Part shown: positions 52,105-63,763 of the stretch, in pieces | How positions within the stretch are numbered: position 1 is the stretch's first letter | Layout: every line of letters starts with the position of its first letter | Assembly (NCBI GenBank): GCA_965215265.1 | Contig: OZ244048.1 | Span: 3,072,001 to 3,136,000 of the forward strand | Length of the DNA: 64,000 nt | Source of the DNA: Candidatus Poribacteria bacterium | GTDB lineage: Bacteria; Poribacteria; WGA-4E; WGA-3G | Direction of reading: 5' to 3' | Position numbers and translations under genes: made by a program | The notes under the pieces: generated by a model | Databases searched by the model: none | What the model was told of the DNA's origin: nothing | Seen by the model: only the letters and a program-made list of their open reading frames with translations

Positions 52105-54038
52105 TTATGTATAAAATTTCTGGTTCAGTGCCTTATCTTCGTCGCTGACACCAAAATCTGCATCTTCTATTTCGGAAAGGTTAACATAGAGTTGGTTCTT
52201 ATCCAACAATGCCGCCAAGAGTTGCTTCTGTTTGTCCACATTATTGATGGCGATGAAATCCCGCACCGCGGCTTCAGGGATTTGCGGATTGACATACCAG
52301 TTCAAGAATGAGTTTTCTGCGATGTTTCGCCAGAGTGTGACAAGTTCTTCAGCGGATTGCGCTGCTTGAATCTGTTCCATAAACGCCTCGTTGTATGGCA
52401 TTAGTTCGCACGAGAGGAAAGCGTCTTGTGTTAACATCTCCTGTGCCATCACTTTCTCAATCCGCTCTTTACAAACGGTGACATGCTCTTCTAATTGTTC
52501 AACAAGGATAAATTGCCGCTCTACCCCCCCCCTACTTCATATTTGTTAAGTTCGAGCACTGCGTGTCCTGTCGTGCCGGAGCCGGCGAAAAAGTCCAGGA
52601 TGATGTCGTCTTTATCCGTTGTAATTTTTATAATGTCCATAACTGTGTACAGAGATTTTGGATAGGCTACACCTTTTCTACCGATAATTTTCTCTAAAAG
52701 TTTTGTACCGTGTGTTATCGCATTATACTTTTTTTCTACCCAGTGTGTTGTAAACACTTCAACTTCCCTGACTTTGTAGAAAATCCTTATTTCACCACGC
52801 TGATTTTTCTCAGCCACAATTTCGTTATTCCTGACTCGTTGAAAAAAACTTTCTGGCTTTAGAAACCAGATCCTTTCGATACTCTTACTGATTGGTAAAA
52901 TTTCATGATAATCTTCCTGCTCTGTTAATGAAATATCTTTTAAATCCTCGCTGACATAGATAGGATAAAATAGGTGCGGTTTGTCCTTACGGAATCCTTC
53001 TCCTCTGATAAACGACCTAAGTTTATAATTTCCCTTTTCATCTTTCATATTAAAAGATGCTTTTTTGTTTTCTGAAATGAGCACTTTCCTAAAATTGGCG
53101 TAGTTCTTATCTTTGGCATAAACAAGCATAAATTCATTACTGGTGCCGAAAAATTTTTCCTGACTTCTGCCTTCTGGCTTGTGAACCACGGAGATTACCC
53201 CCAACCTATTCTCTCTTCCGAAAATTTCATCGGTTAGTGTGCCTAAATAAAAGAGCTCATGGTGATCGATTGCAATCGCGATAAACCCATCAGTTGTTAG
53301 CAATTCCTTCACAGCCGCCAAACGGTTTTTCATAAAGGTGAGCCAGGTGGAGTGATTAAAAGCGTTGTTGTAGGTAAAACTGTCTGCAGAGCCGCCCGTA
53401 TTATACGGTGGATCTATGTAAATAAGTTTAACCTTGCCGCGGAACTGCTGTTTGAGGGAATGCAATGCAATGAGATTATTTCCCTTGATGATAAGATTTT
53501 CCCGGATTGTGCCGTCCTCATCGCGTTTGATGGCGGACACCGGTTGTATGCCGGCAGCCGTGTGGCGTTTCCAATTTGTTAGCACCTTCGCATCTAAGAG
53601 GCGGTTGATTTCATCGTCGGCAAGGGTTTCATTGAAGAAAAGTTCCTGTCGTTTTTCCTCCTCGTGCGTCTGTCCTCCCTCCAAGACGCAATCCTTATAG
53701 GGCCATGCGAGTGCGACTTCGCCGCGTTCTCGTAGGAACTTGTCATCAACGGTTAATCCGATTCTGTTTCGGAATCGGGTGTAAGAGTCACTAAAGAAGT
53801 TTTTGTCGGAGATGTAGGTAATGAAGGTGTTATAGTTGAATATCCAGTGCCCCTCGATTTCCTCGAAGAACTTTGCTTTTATCTCCGGATCGGTGAGGAG
53901 GAGTTTGATGAGGTCGTGACTGAGTCGCCAAGCGTGGTCTTTGACTGCGGCGGGTATGAGTGCCCCAGTATCGTCAATGAAACGCGGTACTGTTTTCAGT
54001 AAGGCGATGAGTTTCACATGGAAATTTTCTTTGGGCAT
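52105..54038 (-). CDS. mod: Type III Mod DNA methyltransferase copy 1, frameshifted at a G9 tract (52524-52532)
   Basis: Same motifs and frameshift; different central target-recognition region. Confidence 0.85.
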
Positions 54039-54241
54039 AACGGATGTAACCTCTGTAACGCTTGACGAAGGGATGGTTCGAACTAGTTTCTTCGTTTAAC
54101 TTCAGGATGTTGTTAGTATATCAGATGGCGGACGAGAAGTCAAGAAAGAAACCTATCTCCGGACACCTCTGAAAACGCCCCCGACTTTTCAAAGGAATCT
54201 CGCGTGTGCTTTTAGGGTGAAATAGATAATTACTAATACAC

Positions 54242-55705
54242 TTAACGGTTAAAAAATTTTCGCAAGGTTTGAATTAATGACCCTTCAGAGAGCCATTTTG
54301 CGGCTATACGCCATACACTGCTTGAATATGTGGGGTAGACGTGAATTGTAGTGCTTAACTTCCGGAGCGGCATTCCGTGCTGCATCGCTAAGACGTATTC
54401 ATGGATAACCTCGCCTGCATTCGCTCCGACGAGGTGTACGCCGAGAATTTTTCCTTTCCACTTACTAGCGATGACTTTGTTAAAGCCGCGGGTTGCTCCG
54501 TCTGCGACTGCCCTGTCGACATCATGCTGTGCGAGTGTGAAAACATCGACATCGCCATATTTATCTCGTGCTTCTGCTTCCGTTAGACCGCAGCGTGCAA
54601 CCTCCGGATCGCAGAACGTCGTCCACGGCACAACGGAATAGTTAATCCGTTGTGAGAAAGGGAAGAAAATATTCCGAACGATGAGCTGCGCTTGAAAAGC
54701 GGCAACATGTGTGAACAGGTAATGCCCGATGACATCTCCAGCAGCATAGATATTTTTAACGCTGGTTTGGAGTTTGTTGTTAACTTGAATGCCGCGTTTG
54801 GTGACATGCAAGCCGAGGTTTTCAAGTCCTAAGCCTTCAACGTTTGGTGTGCGCCCGGTGCAGATTAATATCTTGTCAAAAAGTTCTTGCGAGGCGTTAT
54901 TTCTGGCGGTTCCATCGGCAGGGGACGTGGGTTTGAATGTAACACTTGCTGCTCCATCTGGACCGTTGCTGATTTCCGTGAGGACTGTATTAAGCCGGAA
55001 GGTGATACCGTCTTCGCTGAGATATTTCAGCATTTGCTCAGAGACATCTGCATCCTCTTTGGTAAGGATGTGACTGCTCCGTTGCGCGACCGTGACTTCT
55101 GCGCCTAGACGGTGAAATGCTTGTCCTAGTTCAATACCTATCGGTCCGGCTCCAACAACAAGCAGGCGTTTCGGTAGTTCCTCCAGTTCCCAAACCGTTT
55201 CACTATCGAGATAGTCACAAGTTTCCAATCCAGGGATAGGAGGTGCTGCTGGCCGCGAACCGGTACTGATCACAAACTTCTTGCTTGTGAGTGAACGTGT
55301 TTCTCCTGTCTCAGTATTCTGTACAATGAAAGTGTCAGGTGCCTCAAAATGTCCATTGCCGAAGATGACATCAACCCCGAGTTCTCGGAACCGTTCAGGG
55401 TTATCATGCTCATTTTCTATTATCTGTTGTGTGCTTCGCACGTACGCCATAGCGTCGGGGAAGATCGGTTTAAAACCGTTGGTAGTGATGCCGTATTTCT
55501 GAGCGTACTTGATTTGATTTGCGAGTTTCGCGACTTTGAGGAGTGCCTTGGACGGTACACACCCTGTCCAGAGGCAGTCCCCCCCAATGCGATGCTTCTC
55601 GACTAGGGCGGTTTTTTTGCCCAACTTTGCCCCAGCGACTGCTAATACGAGCCCCGCACTCCCCCCACCAATAATTGTCAAATCGTAGTTATTTACGGTC
55701 TTCAT
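54242..55705 (-). CDS. FAD-dependent pyridine nucleotide-disulfide oxidoreductase (lipoamide dehydrogenase/MerA-like)
   Basis: GGGSAG, GGDCLWTGCVPSK, GAGPIGIE, IHVYPT. Confidence 0.9.
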   Translation of the reverse strand: MKTVNNYDLTIIGGGSAGLVLAVAGAKLGKKTALVEKHRIGGDCLWTGCVPSKALLKVAKLANQIKYAQKYGITTNGFKPIFPDAMAYVRSTQQIIENEHDNPERFRELGVDVIFGNGHFEAPDTFIVQNTETGETRSLTSKKFVISTGSRPAAPPIPGLETCDYLDSETVWELEELPKRLLVVGAGPIGIELGQAFHRLGAEVTVAQRSSHILTKEDADVSEQMLKYLSEDGITFRLNTVLTEISNGPDGAASVTFKPTSPADGTARNNASQELFDKILICTGRTPNVEGLGLENLGLHVTKRGIQVNNKLQTSVKNIYAAGDVIGHYLFTHVAAFQAQLIVRNIFFPFSQRINYSVVPWTTFCDPEVARCGLTEAEARDKYGDVDVFTLAQHDVDRAVADGATRGFNKVIASKWKGKILGVHLVGANAGEVIHEYVLAMQHGMPLRKLSTTIHVYPTYSSSVWRIAAKWLSEGSLIQTLRKFFNR

Positions 55706-55748
55706 AAGAGGCCCTTGATGAAATCTATTGCCTGCAACAAATAAGTGT

Positions 55749-57308
55749 CTACCTTGTTTTGCGTAGGACGCGCCCCGGCAGTGCGCCTGTGGAATGGCTC
55801 TGCTCAACAACGGGGGTGCCATTAACGAATACCCATTCTACTCCCACGGGTGCTTGTATCGGATTGAACCAAGTGGAACGGTCTGCGACGGTTTCTGGAT
55901 TGAAGATGACGATGTCGGCTGCAAGTCCTATAGCGATTCTGCCTCGGTCGTTGAGGCGGAACCTTTCGGCCGGGAAGCCGCTCATCTTATAGATTGCTTC
56001 TTTCAACGGAACTAATTGGCGTTCTCGGACAAATTTGCCGAGGTATTGCACAAAACAGCCGTAGCTCCGCGGATGTGGATGTGGGATGTTGTAAACGCCA
56101 TCGCTTGCAATCATCATGCGCGGATGACTTGCGGTTTTGTTTAAAATGCGTTCATTTTCTTCTTCGGTTGTTGACCACGGCATCACAAAGGTTTCAATGG
56201 CGGCTTCTTCACGAATAAGGTCAAAGGCGAATTCTTCAAAGGATTTTCCTTGATTTCCGTTGCGGCTCACGGCTTCAGTTAGAGTCATCCCGATAAAGCG
56301 TCCGGAGCGCGTGTAGCCAACGATTTGGTTGCCGTGTCCTAATTCTTTTCGGAGGTAGACGATGGATTTTTGTCGCACATCCGGTTTTTCTAAGTTTGCT
56401 AACATCTCTATGGGGGCACCAGTCTGAAATTCCATCGGTAGCATCATTGCAAGGTGTGTCATGCCTGCAGGGTACAGGTAGGATTCAAACGTCAAGTCAA
56501 TGTCTTCCTGTTCTACACGTTCAAGGATTTCTTCTGCTTCTGCATCTACCCGTTCGTGTGAAATATGCACTGGAATTTCGGCGCGTTGTGCAATATCAAT
56601 TATTTCTTCCCATGCCCGTTTTCTACCGAGGAGTCGGTATCGGATGTGTGCTGCATAAATTGCGTCGTAAGTGGATGCAATTTTTGAAAGAGAGACCAGT
56701 TCGCGTAAATCGGCATTCGCAGAAGGTTGATAATCAAGTCCTAAACAGAGACAACACGCACCGGCATCAAGCCATTCGTGGGTGGTGCGTGCCATAGTCT
56801 TCAATTCATCAGTTGTTGCGGGGCGTGCCTCCCATCCCATTGCCCCGAGGCGTACTGCACAATGTGGGACCTGCGGATAAAGATTGGCTGGGATTTGCCC
56901 GTGGAAGAGAGAAAGGTAGGCCTCAGGGGTTTGCCAATTCAGGGAGAGTTTGGCATCCCCGTAAGCAAATTGAGTATAGTGCCACAATTCTCGTGCGCGT
57001 TCTGCAGGGAGGGGTGCCCAGCCAAAACCGTCTGGTGAGGCTAAATGTGTAGTCACGCCTTGGCTCACAGTCGCGAACTGATCGCGTCCTCCCAGGAGCG
57101 CAATTTCGGAGTGGACATGCACATCAATGAACCCGGGACAAACGACTCTATTCTTTGCAGATATCCGCCGCGGTGTTTCTGCTTTCTCCAATTTACCGAT
57201 GGCGGCGATGTTATCCCCATCAATTCCTACGTCTCCCACGAACGGTTCTCGTTTACCGGTGCCATCAACGATGGTCCCGCCTTCAATTATTAGATCAAAG
57301 CTCATCAC
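55749..57308 (-). CDS. N-acyl-D-amino-acid deacylase family amidohydrolase
   Basis: PGFIDVHVH, ASDG...PHPRSYG.F, GVEWVFVNG. Confidence 0.88.
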   Translation of the reverse strand: MMSFDLIIEGGTIVDGTGKREPFVGDVGIDGDNIAAIGKLEKAETPRRISAKNRVVCPGFIDVHVHSEIALLGGRDQFATVSQGVTTHLASPDGFGWAPLPAERARELWHYTQFAYGDAKLSLNWQTPEAYLSLFHGQIPANLYPQVPHCAVRLGAMGWEARPATTDELKTMARTTHEWLDAGACCLCLGLDYQPSANADLRELVSLSKIASTYDAIYAAHIRYRLLGRKRAWEEIIDIAQRAEIPVHISHERVDAEAEEILERVEQEDIDLTFESYLYPAGMTHLAMMLPMEFQTGAPIEMLANLEKPDVRQKSIVYLRKELGHGNQIVGYTRSGRFIGMTLTEAVSRNGNQGKSFEEFAFDLIREEAAIETFVMPWSTTEEENERILNKTASHPRMMIASDGVYNIPHPHPRSYGCFVQYLGKFVRERQLVPLKEAIYKMSGFPAERFRLNDRGRIAIGLAADIVIFNPETVADRSTWFNPIQAPVGVEWVFVNGTPVVEQSHSTGALPGRVLRKTR

Positions 57309-57418
57309 AGCCTCCTTTAAATTCCGTTAGGAACGTGCTGTTTATAGGTTAACATCAGAAGTAAGTTATGTCAAGAAAAAACAGAGCGCGCAATGGTATA
57401 TTGCGAATTGTTTTTTTC

Positions 57419-57447
57419 TTGAAAAAAAGAGTGGGCTCTGGTATAAT
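57419..57447 (+). promoter_or_regulatory. sigma70 promoter
   Basis: TTGAAA-17-TATAAT. Confidence 0.65.
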
Positions 57448-57494
57448 AAAATTTTAGGATTCATAGATGAGCGATGGGCATAGGAGGATAACTC

Positions 57495-57950
57495 ATGCGG
57501 CAATCTTACACGATGATTGTAGGGATAATCTTGCTGGGACTCATGATTGGCTTGAACGGTTGCGAAGATTCGGCTTCCGGTGGCAGCGGTTTAACTGATG
57601 TCGGCAGGGCAGAACCGACCATTGTCGATTCTGTCTTGGCGATTAACGTTTTTGAGGAACGCCCAGATGGGATTAGAGACAATTTTTTCGCAGAGGTCAA
57701 TGAAGAAATTTTTTTGTGGATTTTATGGAACAATATTGAGGAATCTCACAAGGTTAAGGTGTCATGGTTTTCACCGGAGGGTGACTTGGACGATCCGCCG
57801 TACTGGGAAGCGGAGCAGACTTTCACCTCAACAACCGGCGAAAAAATCACATGGTTCTACATTGAAAACCCAGGGGATCTAGGCGAGTGGTTTGTTGAAA
57901 TCTACTTGGATGGCCTCTTTGAACGGAGTCATATTTTCTGGGTAGAATAG
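57495..57950 (+). CDS. Lipoprotein with beta-rich domain
   Basis: AGGAGG RBS, lipobox LNGC. Confidence 0.7.
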   Translation: MRQSYTMIVGIILLGLMIGLNGCEDSASGGSGLTDVGRAEPTIVDSVLAINVFEERPDGIRDNFFAEVNEEIFLWILWNNIEESHKVKVSWFSPEGDLDDPPYWEAEQTFTSTTGEKITWFYIENPGDLGEWFVEIYLDGLFERSHIFWVE

Positions 57951-58084
57951 AGACACGGCACGTTGCAGAATTGTAAGAGCGGTCCGAATTGCGATACAAT
58001 GCAACAGTTTGTGTGTCCGAGTGCAGTGTCTTTAACGAGTTCGGCATCAGAAAAACTACGGTTGTGTTAAATATTGGAGCCCTC

Positions 58085-59170
58085 ATGGATAAACTCAAAA
58101 TCGCGCATATTGGGACTGGGAGACGTGGTGCAGGCACCTATTTGCCTATTATTTCAAAATTGACAGCAGACCTGGAGCTCGTTGCTGTTTGTGACACGCG
58201 GGAAGAGAGTGCCACCGAACAGGGTGAAAAGTACAATGTCCCTGCTTATACAGATACTGCGCAAATGTTGGACACAGTAAAACCCGATATCTGTGCCATT
58301 GTGATTACACCCAGCAACAATCACATTCCCGGGCTGCTCTGTTCTGAGCGGGGTGTCAGTTATTGCACGGAAACGCCGATTGATACGGACCTCGGGTGGG
58401 CAGATAAGATGATTGAATCTGCAGAGGCACACGGCACAAAATTAGAGGTGAATGAAAATTATTACCGGGTGCCGACTGAACGGATAAAACGAGAGATGAT
58501 TCTTGCTGGTGTTTTCGGAAAAGTTAACGCTGCTTACAACGATTTCCGTGGACACGGTTACCACGGCATCAGCCTCATCCGGAGTTATGTCGGCTTTGAT
58601 AATGAACCGCTGCAGGTTTATGGATTCAGGAAAAACTATGCTGTGCAGAATCATGTCTGGAGACAAGGGCAGCCGCCGCGTGACGCTGAGGATTGGCAGC
58701 ATGCTGTGATTGAGTTTGCAGATGGCGCAGTCGGGATTTTTAATTTCAGTAGTCTCTCGTACGGCTCGCCTCTGCGCGGCTTTAACGGCTCGAAGTTTTA
58801 CGCTGAGTGCGGGATGTGCTTCCGAAATGAAGCTGTGATACTGACAGAGACTGCTGATGCACAGCGAAAGATTAACATCTCCCGTAGAACGAATAATGTC
58901 GACGGTTATCAAACGCTTGCAGCACTTGTAGCCGACACGCAACCCGAAGTAGTGTGGGAAAACCCTTTGCAACATTACCCACTCAGCGATGGCGAAATCA
59001 CTGTAGCATCAGAACTGATGAGTCTAGTCAACGCTGTCCGAAACAATACGGAACCCGAGTACGGCCCGTACAACGGTCGCAAAGACCGGGAAATTGATGT
59101 CGCTATGGCCCGTTCTTGGGCAAACAACGGCATTCCTGTTAGTTTTCCATTGGAATATCAGAAACGGTGA
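58085..59170 (+). CDS. Gfo/Idh/MocA family oxidoreductase
   Basis: IAHIGTGRRG, ELVAVCD, ETP motif. Confidence 0.85.
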   Translation: MDKLKIAHIGTGRRGAGTYLPIISKLTADLELVAVCDTREESATEQGEKYNVPAYTDTAQMLDTVKPDICAIVITPSNNHIPGLLCSERGVSYCTETPIDTDLGWADKMIESAEAHGTKLEVNENYYRVPTERIKREMILAGVFGKVNAAYNDFRGHGYHGISLIRSYVGFDNEPLQVYGFRKNYAVQNHVWRQGQPPRDAEDWQHAVIEFADGAVGIFNFSSLSYGSPLRGFNGSKFYAECGMCFRNEAVILTETADAQRKINISRRTNNVDGYQTLAALVADTQPEVVWENPLQHYPLSDGEITVASELMSLVNAVRNNTEPEYGPYNGRKDREIDVAMARSWANNGIPVSFPLEYQKR

Positions 59171-59205
59171 AACTTCATTTCAATGAGCATAAAGGAATAT
59201 ATACT

Positions 59206-60180
59206 ATGCGAGAATTACATCAAAAACCGCCCACGAGATCTAAATCTTGGCGCTATCGTGTCCGAAATCAGAACGGCCGGAACCGGACAAAGTTTAGCCT
59301 GCTTATCGCCGTTTTATTAGTTTTTGGATTAAGCACGACATCGATGAGCAATGAATGGGCAAATTACTACTTTCCAGATGCACTTGACAGTTTCTGGGTT
59401 TATGAAGACCAGGATGGTGAAGAATTAACCCGTTACGCGATTGAACCCGAAGAGATGGACGGCGAAACCTATCGCGCCTTCAGTTACTCACCGAGATTAG
59501 AAGATTGGGCAGAGTATGAATATTCGGTTAGACCTTATTTCTACCAAGTTAGTGACGAGTGGATTGCGTTTTCCGTCGGCAGGGAGGTTGAAAACGCGTT
59601 AAAGGCTGCTACGACAAAACAGTTGGAAGAAGGCATTGCGGTTATGCGCGAGGCTATGAGTAGTCAAGGACTTCCAGACGGAGTGTCCATCGACTTTGAC
59701 TATGACATTCAAGTGGGTGCCCAAGATTATTTCTATTTTCTGCCAACACCTGCAACTTTCAATGAAGAGTGGCAGGCAATGCAATTGAATCTTACTATAA
59801 CCATGACAATTGAAATTCAGGGCTTGCCTTTTGAGGTGCCGGAGGCGAATCAAACCGTTAAAACCTACCTTACAGTCGTAGAAACTGGCAACGTTGTTAG
59901 CACTGAGGCTGTTGATACAGTGGCTGGTACGTTTGAAGACTGTTTGAAAATAGAATTTCAAACAGAGACATCAACAGATATAGAACTCCCGCCTGAACTG
60001 CAAGCACAAGGATCTGCTTTGCTGGGCGAACAACAAACCGATGAATCTTTAACAACTCTCTGGTTAGCGCCAAACGTCGGCATTGTTAAATGGATGCACG
60101 AACATGAACAGTCCGATGAAGAGAGAAGTTTGGAATTAATTCAGTACGAAATTAATTCCACCGAATCGGAAAGCAATTAA
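59206..60180 (+). CDS. Exported hypothetical protein
   Basis: Signal peptide, NYYFP...[23 protein letters not shown]. Confidence 0.7.
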   Translation: MRELHQKPPTRSKSWRYRVRNQNGRNRTKFSLLIAVLLVFGLSTTSMSNEWANYYFPDALDSFWVYEDQDGEELTRYAIEPEEMDGETYRAFSYSPRLEDWAEYEYSVRPYFYQVSDEWIAFSVGREVENALKAATTKQLEEGIAVMREAMSSQGLPDGVSIDFDYDIQVGAQDYFYFLPTPATFNEEWQAMQLNLTITMTIEIQGLPFEVPEANQTVKTYLTVVETGNVVSTEAVDTVAGTFEDCLKIEFQTETSTDIELPPELQAQGSALLGEQQTDESLTTLWLAPNVGIVKWMHEHEQSDEERSLELIQYEINSTESESN

Positions 60181-60217
60181 CAGTAGCGTGCTGAACTTGA
60201 CACGGAATGAAGCGAAT

Positions 60218-61243
60218 ATGAAATCGGACCCGTTGATGTTGCAGGCGAATGAAAGTCGTCTGCCGCTCGCAAATATAAATTATAAAGTGCGTCCGCGGCG
60301 GCTTCGTGCAGATGAAAACCTACGCCGTCTTGTACGAGAAACCGTCCTCTCCGTCGATGATCTCATTTATCCGATGTTCGTTGTTCATGGATACAACATC
60401 AAAACTGAAATCTCGTCGATGCCAGGCTGTTATCAATATTCGGTTGATAATCTGGTAATTGCGGCGAAAGAGTTAGCAGCCTTGGGCATTCCCGCTACAA
60501 TCTTGTTCGGGATTCCAGAGACGAAAGACCCGTTTGGCTCTGAGGCATACGCTGACGATGGCATTATTCAACGAGCTGTGGCTGCGCTAAAAGAGGCGGT
60601 GCCTGAGTTGCTTGTGATGACTGATGTCTGTCTCTGTGAATATACTGACCACGGCCATTGCGGTATCGTTGAAGCGGGGGAAGTGCAGAATGATCCAACG
60701 GTGGCGCTTCTTGTGAAAGAGAGCCTGTCGCATGCACGTGCTGGTGCAGATGTCATCGCGCCTTCCGATATGATGGATGGACGTGTCGGTGCAATTCGCG
60801 AGGCATTGGACCAAGAAGGCTACCAAAATATTTCGATTATGGCATATTCTGCTAAATATGCGTCAGCTTTCTATGGCCCCTTTCGCGAAGCTGCGGAATC
60901 CGCGCCACAGTTTGGAGATAGACGTTCCTATCAGATGGATGCGGCAAATGCTGAGGAAGCGTTACGGGAAGTTGCCTTGGATATTGAAGAGGGGGCGGAT
61001 ATTCTGATGGTGAAACCAGCACTCGCCTATCTTGATATCATCCATCGCGTGAAGACTGAATTTCAGGTGCCTGTCGCTGCTTACAACGTCAGCGGCGAAT
61101 ACGCAATGATTAAAGCAGCTGCACAGAACGGCTGGCTTGACGAACAGCAGGTCGCTCTGGAAGCTTTAACCTGCATTAAACGGGCCGGGGCCGACATGAT
61201 CTTGACCTATTTTGCGAAGTCTGCCGTTGAATGGCTTTCGTAA
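60218..61243 (+). CDS. hemB: Porphobilinogen synthase
   Basis: [28 protein letters not shown]. Confidence 0.97.
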   Translation: MKSDPLMLQANESRLPLANINYKVRPRRLRADENLRRLVRETVLSVDDLIYPMFVVHGYNIKTEISSMPGCYQYSVDNLVIAAKELAALGIPATILFGIPETKDPFGSEAYADDGIIQRAVAALKEAVPELLVMTDVCLCEYTDHGHCGIVEAGEVQNDPTVALLVKESLSHARAGADVIAPSDMMDGRVGAIREALDQEGYQNISIMAYSAKYASAFYGPFREAAESAPQFGDRRSYQMDAANAEEALREVALDIEEGADILMVKPALAYLDIIHRVKTEFQVPVAAYNVSGEYAMIKAAAQNGWLDEQQVALEALTCIKRAGADMILTYFAKSAVEWLS

Positions 61244-61294
61244 AGGAGCCTACGGTTCTATCCACTTTAATGGAGAAAAAAAGGATATACAAAA

Positions 61295-62578
61295 TTGGGA
61301 AACAGCAAATCTTTAAACGCTTGGCAAAAATCACAACGATTTATCCCTGGCGGTGTCAATAGCCCCGTCCGCAACTTTAGTAAGGTTGGCGGGCATCCAC
61401 GTTTTATGGAACGTGGATGCGGCTCGAAAGTCTATGACATTGATGGAAACGAATATATTGATTACCTTGCCTCCTGGGGTCCACTAATTTTGGGGCATGC
61501 ACATCCAAGTGTTGTTGAAGCGATTACGGCTGCGGCTGCTTGTGGTACGAGCTTCGGGACACCGACACCGTTAGAGACTACATTAGCCGAGTTGATTGTC
61601 GATGCAGTGCCTTCAATTGAGCAGGTCCGGCTTGTGAATTCAGGTACTGAGGCTACGATGAGCGCTATTCGCGTTGCGCGCGGCTATACCGGCCGGGATA
61701 AAATCATCAAAATTGACGGTTGTTATCATGGACATGTTGATTATCTGTTGGCGAAGGCTGGTTCTGGTGTTGCGACTTTCGGCCTTTCCGATAGCGGTGG
61801 TGTTCCTGAAGATTTCGCACGTAATACGCTGACTGTTCCATTTAATAATCCGGATGCGGTACTCGAAACTATCCAAGCAAACCCTGATAAAATCGCTTGT
61901 CTTATCCTTGAACCGATTATGGGTAACATGGGCATTATTCCGCCACGCGACGGTTACCTCAACGAAATTCGGCGCATCACCGCGGAACACGGTATCGTTC
62001 TCATCTTTGACGAGGTGATTACTGGGTTTCGAGTTGCGTACGGTGGCGCGCAAACCTACTATAACGTTATCCCGGATATGACGTGCTTAGGAAAAATCAT
62101 TGGTGGCGGTTTGCCGGTTGGGGCATACGGCGGTAAACGAGAAATCATGCAATGTGTTGCGCCGGAAGGCGATGTTTATCAGGCTGGCACGCTTTCTGGA
62201 AATCCGTTGGCTGTTACGGCTGGTATCACTACGCTCCAACGCCTCGGAGAACCGGGGGTTTACGAACATCTGGAGAGCCGTGCCGCCGCCCTGGCAGGCG
62301 GATTGGCTGAAGCAACCCAAAAGCATCAGATTGATGCCTGCCATAGCCGGGTTGGCTCCATGTTAATGCTCTATTTCACGCCTGAAACAGTAATGGATGC
62401 TGATGACGCGCGGACTGCTGATATAGAACGCTACCGTCAATACTTCTGGGGATTACTTGAAGGTGGTGTCTATGTCGCACCATCCCAATTTGAGGCTGGT
62501 TTTGTGTCCTTCCTTCATTCTGAAGAGGATATTAACAAAACCGTGCGTGCTGCAACGCAGGTATTGTCTGAGCTTTAA
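61295..62578 (+). CDS. hemL: Glutamate-1-semialdehyde 2,1-aminomutase
   Basis: PGGVNSPVR, FDEVITGFR, GKIIGGGLP. Confidence 0.97.
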   Translation: MGNSKSLNAWQKSQRFIPGGVNSPVRNFSKVGGHPRFMERGCGSKVYDIDGNEYIDYLASWGPLILGHAHPSVVEAITAAAACGTSFGTPTPLETTLAELIVDAVPSIEQVRLVNSGTEATMSAIRVARGYTGRDKIIKIDGCYHGHVDYLLAKAGSGVATFGLSDSGGVPEDFARNTLTVPFNNPDAVLETIQANPDKIACLILEPIMGNMGIIPPRDGYLNEIRRITAEHGIVLIFDEVITGFRVAYGGAQTYYNVIPDMTCLGKIIGGGLPVGAYGGKREIMQCVAPEGDVYQAGTLSGNPLAVTAGITTLQRLGEPGVYEHLESRAAALAGGLAEATQKHQIDACHSRVGSMLMLYFTPETVMDADDARTADIERYRQYFWGLLEGGVYVAPSQFEAGFVSFLHSEEDINKTVRAATQVLSEL

Positions 62579-62666
62579 ACGCATCGGTTTTCCATAGTTT
62601 GCAATTGAGTCAAGTTTCATATTGAAATAACACCACCATAAGTGCTTGTGAGAAACAATACGAAAA

Positions 62667-63647
62667 ATGTCAAGTTTTGATCCGATTGTTCAATTGATTA
62701 GCGATGACCTCAGAGCCGTTGAGGATAAACTGAGCGAAGAGACCGCAAGTGAGTATAGTTTTGTGGATATGGCGGTGCAGCATGTTGTAAAAGGCGGAGG
62801 AAAGAGACTGCGTCCTATTCTGGTTGTGCTTTCTGCTAAGGCGTGTGGGTATGAAGGTGCTGATGCCCATACACTGGCTGCAGTTGTTGAGCTTATCCAC
62901 GTTGCTTCCCTGGTTCACGATGATGTGCTTGATGAGGCTGCCATTCGCCGGGGCCGTGAGACTTTACAGACTAAATGGGGCAATAAAGTCGCAGTGTTAG
63001 TAGGAGATTATCTTCATGCGCGTGTGCTTTCTATGCTAGTATCTCGTCACGCCGACGATCCGGCGATGGAAATCCTGGCCGATACCACGCAGGCGATGTG
63101 TGAAGGTGAAGTGATACATGCCTATAAAAGCGGCGATTTTGATATAACCCAAGACGAGTATCTCAAAATTATTAGTTTTAAAACCGGTAAATTGATCTCG
63201 GCTTCTTGCACGCTGGGGGCACAGCTTGGCACAACCGATCAGCGACAGATTGAGGCCCTCACAATATACGGGCAGCAAATTGGAACTGCATTTCAAATCG
63301 TCGACGATCTGCTTGATTTCGTGGCAGATCCAGAAAAATTAGGGAAAAATGCGTTTGGAGACTTGCGAGAAGGCAAACTCACGTTTCCCATTCTGCACAC
63401 CCGCACTGTGTGCAGCGATACCGAAAAGCAGAAACTGGAAGAGGTGCTAAATCCAAATACTGACGAAGCAGATGCCATCGCGTTTGTTGAATCGCTTTTT
63501 CAACGTTATGCGGTTGAGGTGCACTGTTTAAAAGTTGCACAAAATTACGCTGAACTTGCGAAAGCCGCCCTTGTTACATTAGTATCTACACCCGCCCGGA
63601 CTGCACTTGAGCATCTTGCTGATTATGTGGTTTCGCGGGATTCTTAA
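62667..63647 (+). CDS. Polyprenyl diphosphate synthase
   Basis: GGKRLRP, HDDVLD, FQIVDDLLD. Confidence 0.93.
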   Translation: MSSFDPIVQLISDDLRAVEDKLSEETASEYSFVDMAVQHVVKGGGKRLRPILVVLSAKACGYEGADAHTLAAVVELIHVASLVHDDVLDEAAIRRGRETLQTKWGNKVAVLVGDYLHARVLSMLVSRHADDPAMEILADTTQAMCEGEVIHAYKSGDFDITQDEYLKIISFKTGKLISASCTLGAQLGTTDQRQIEALTIYGQQIGTAFQIVDDLLDFVADPEKLGKNAFGDLREGKLTFPILHTRTVCSDTEKQKLEEVLNPNTDEADAIAFVESLFQRYAVEVHCLKVAQNYAELAKAALVTLVSTPARTALEHLADYVVSRDS

Positions 63648-63763
63648 GCATTCTGGAACGAATTGCCTCTCACACAACTATGCTATGACGCTGGACGCAC
63701 CGAAACCAGCAAATCTGAGGAATTTCCGCCATTCTGAGTGGTTTGTATTGTCCGTAGAAAAAT

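Noticed and set aside
54242-55705. Mercuric reductase MerA
   Set aside because: No C-terminal Cys-Cys pair, no N-terminal HMA domain and no mer genes nearby.
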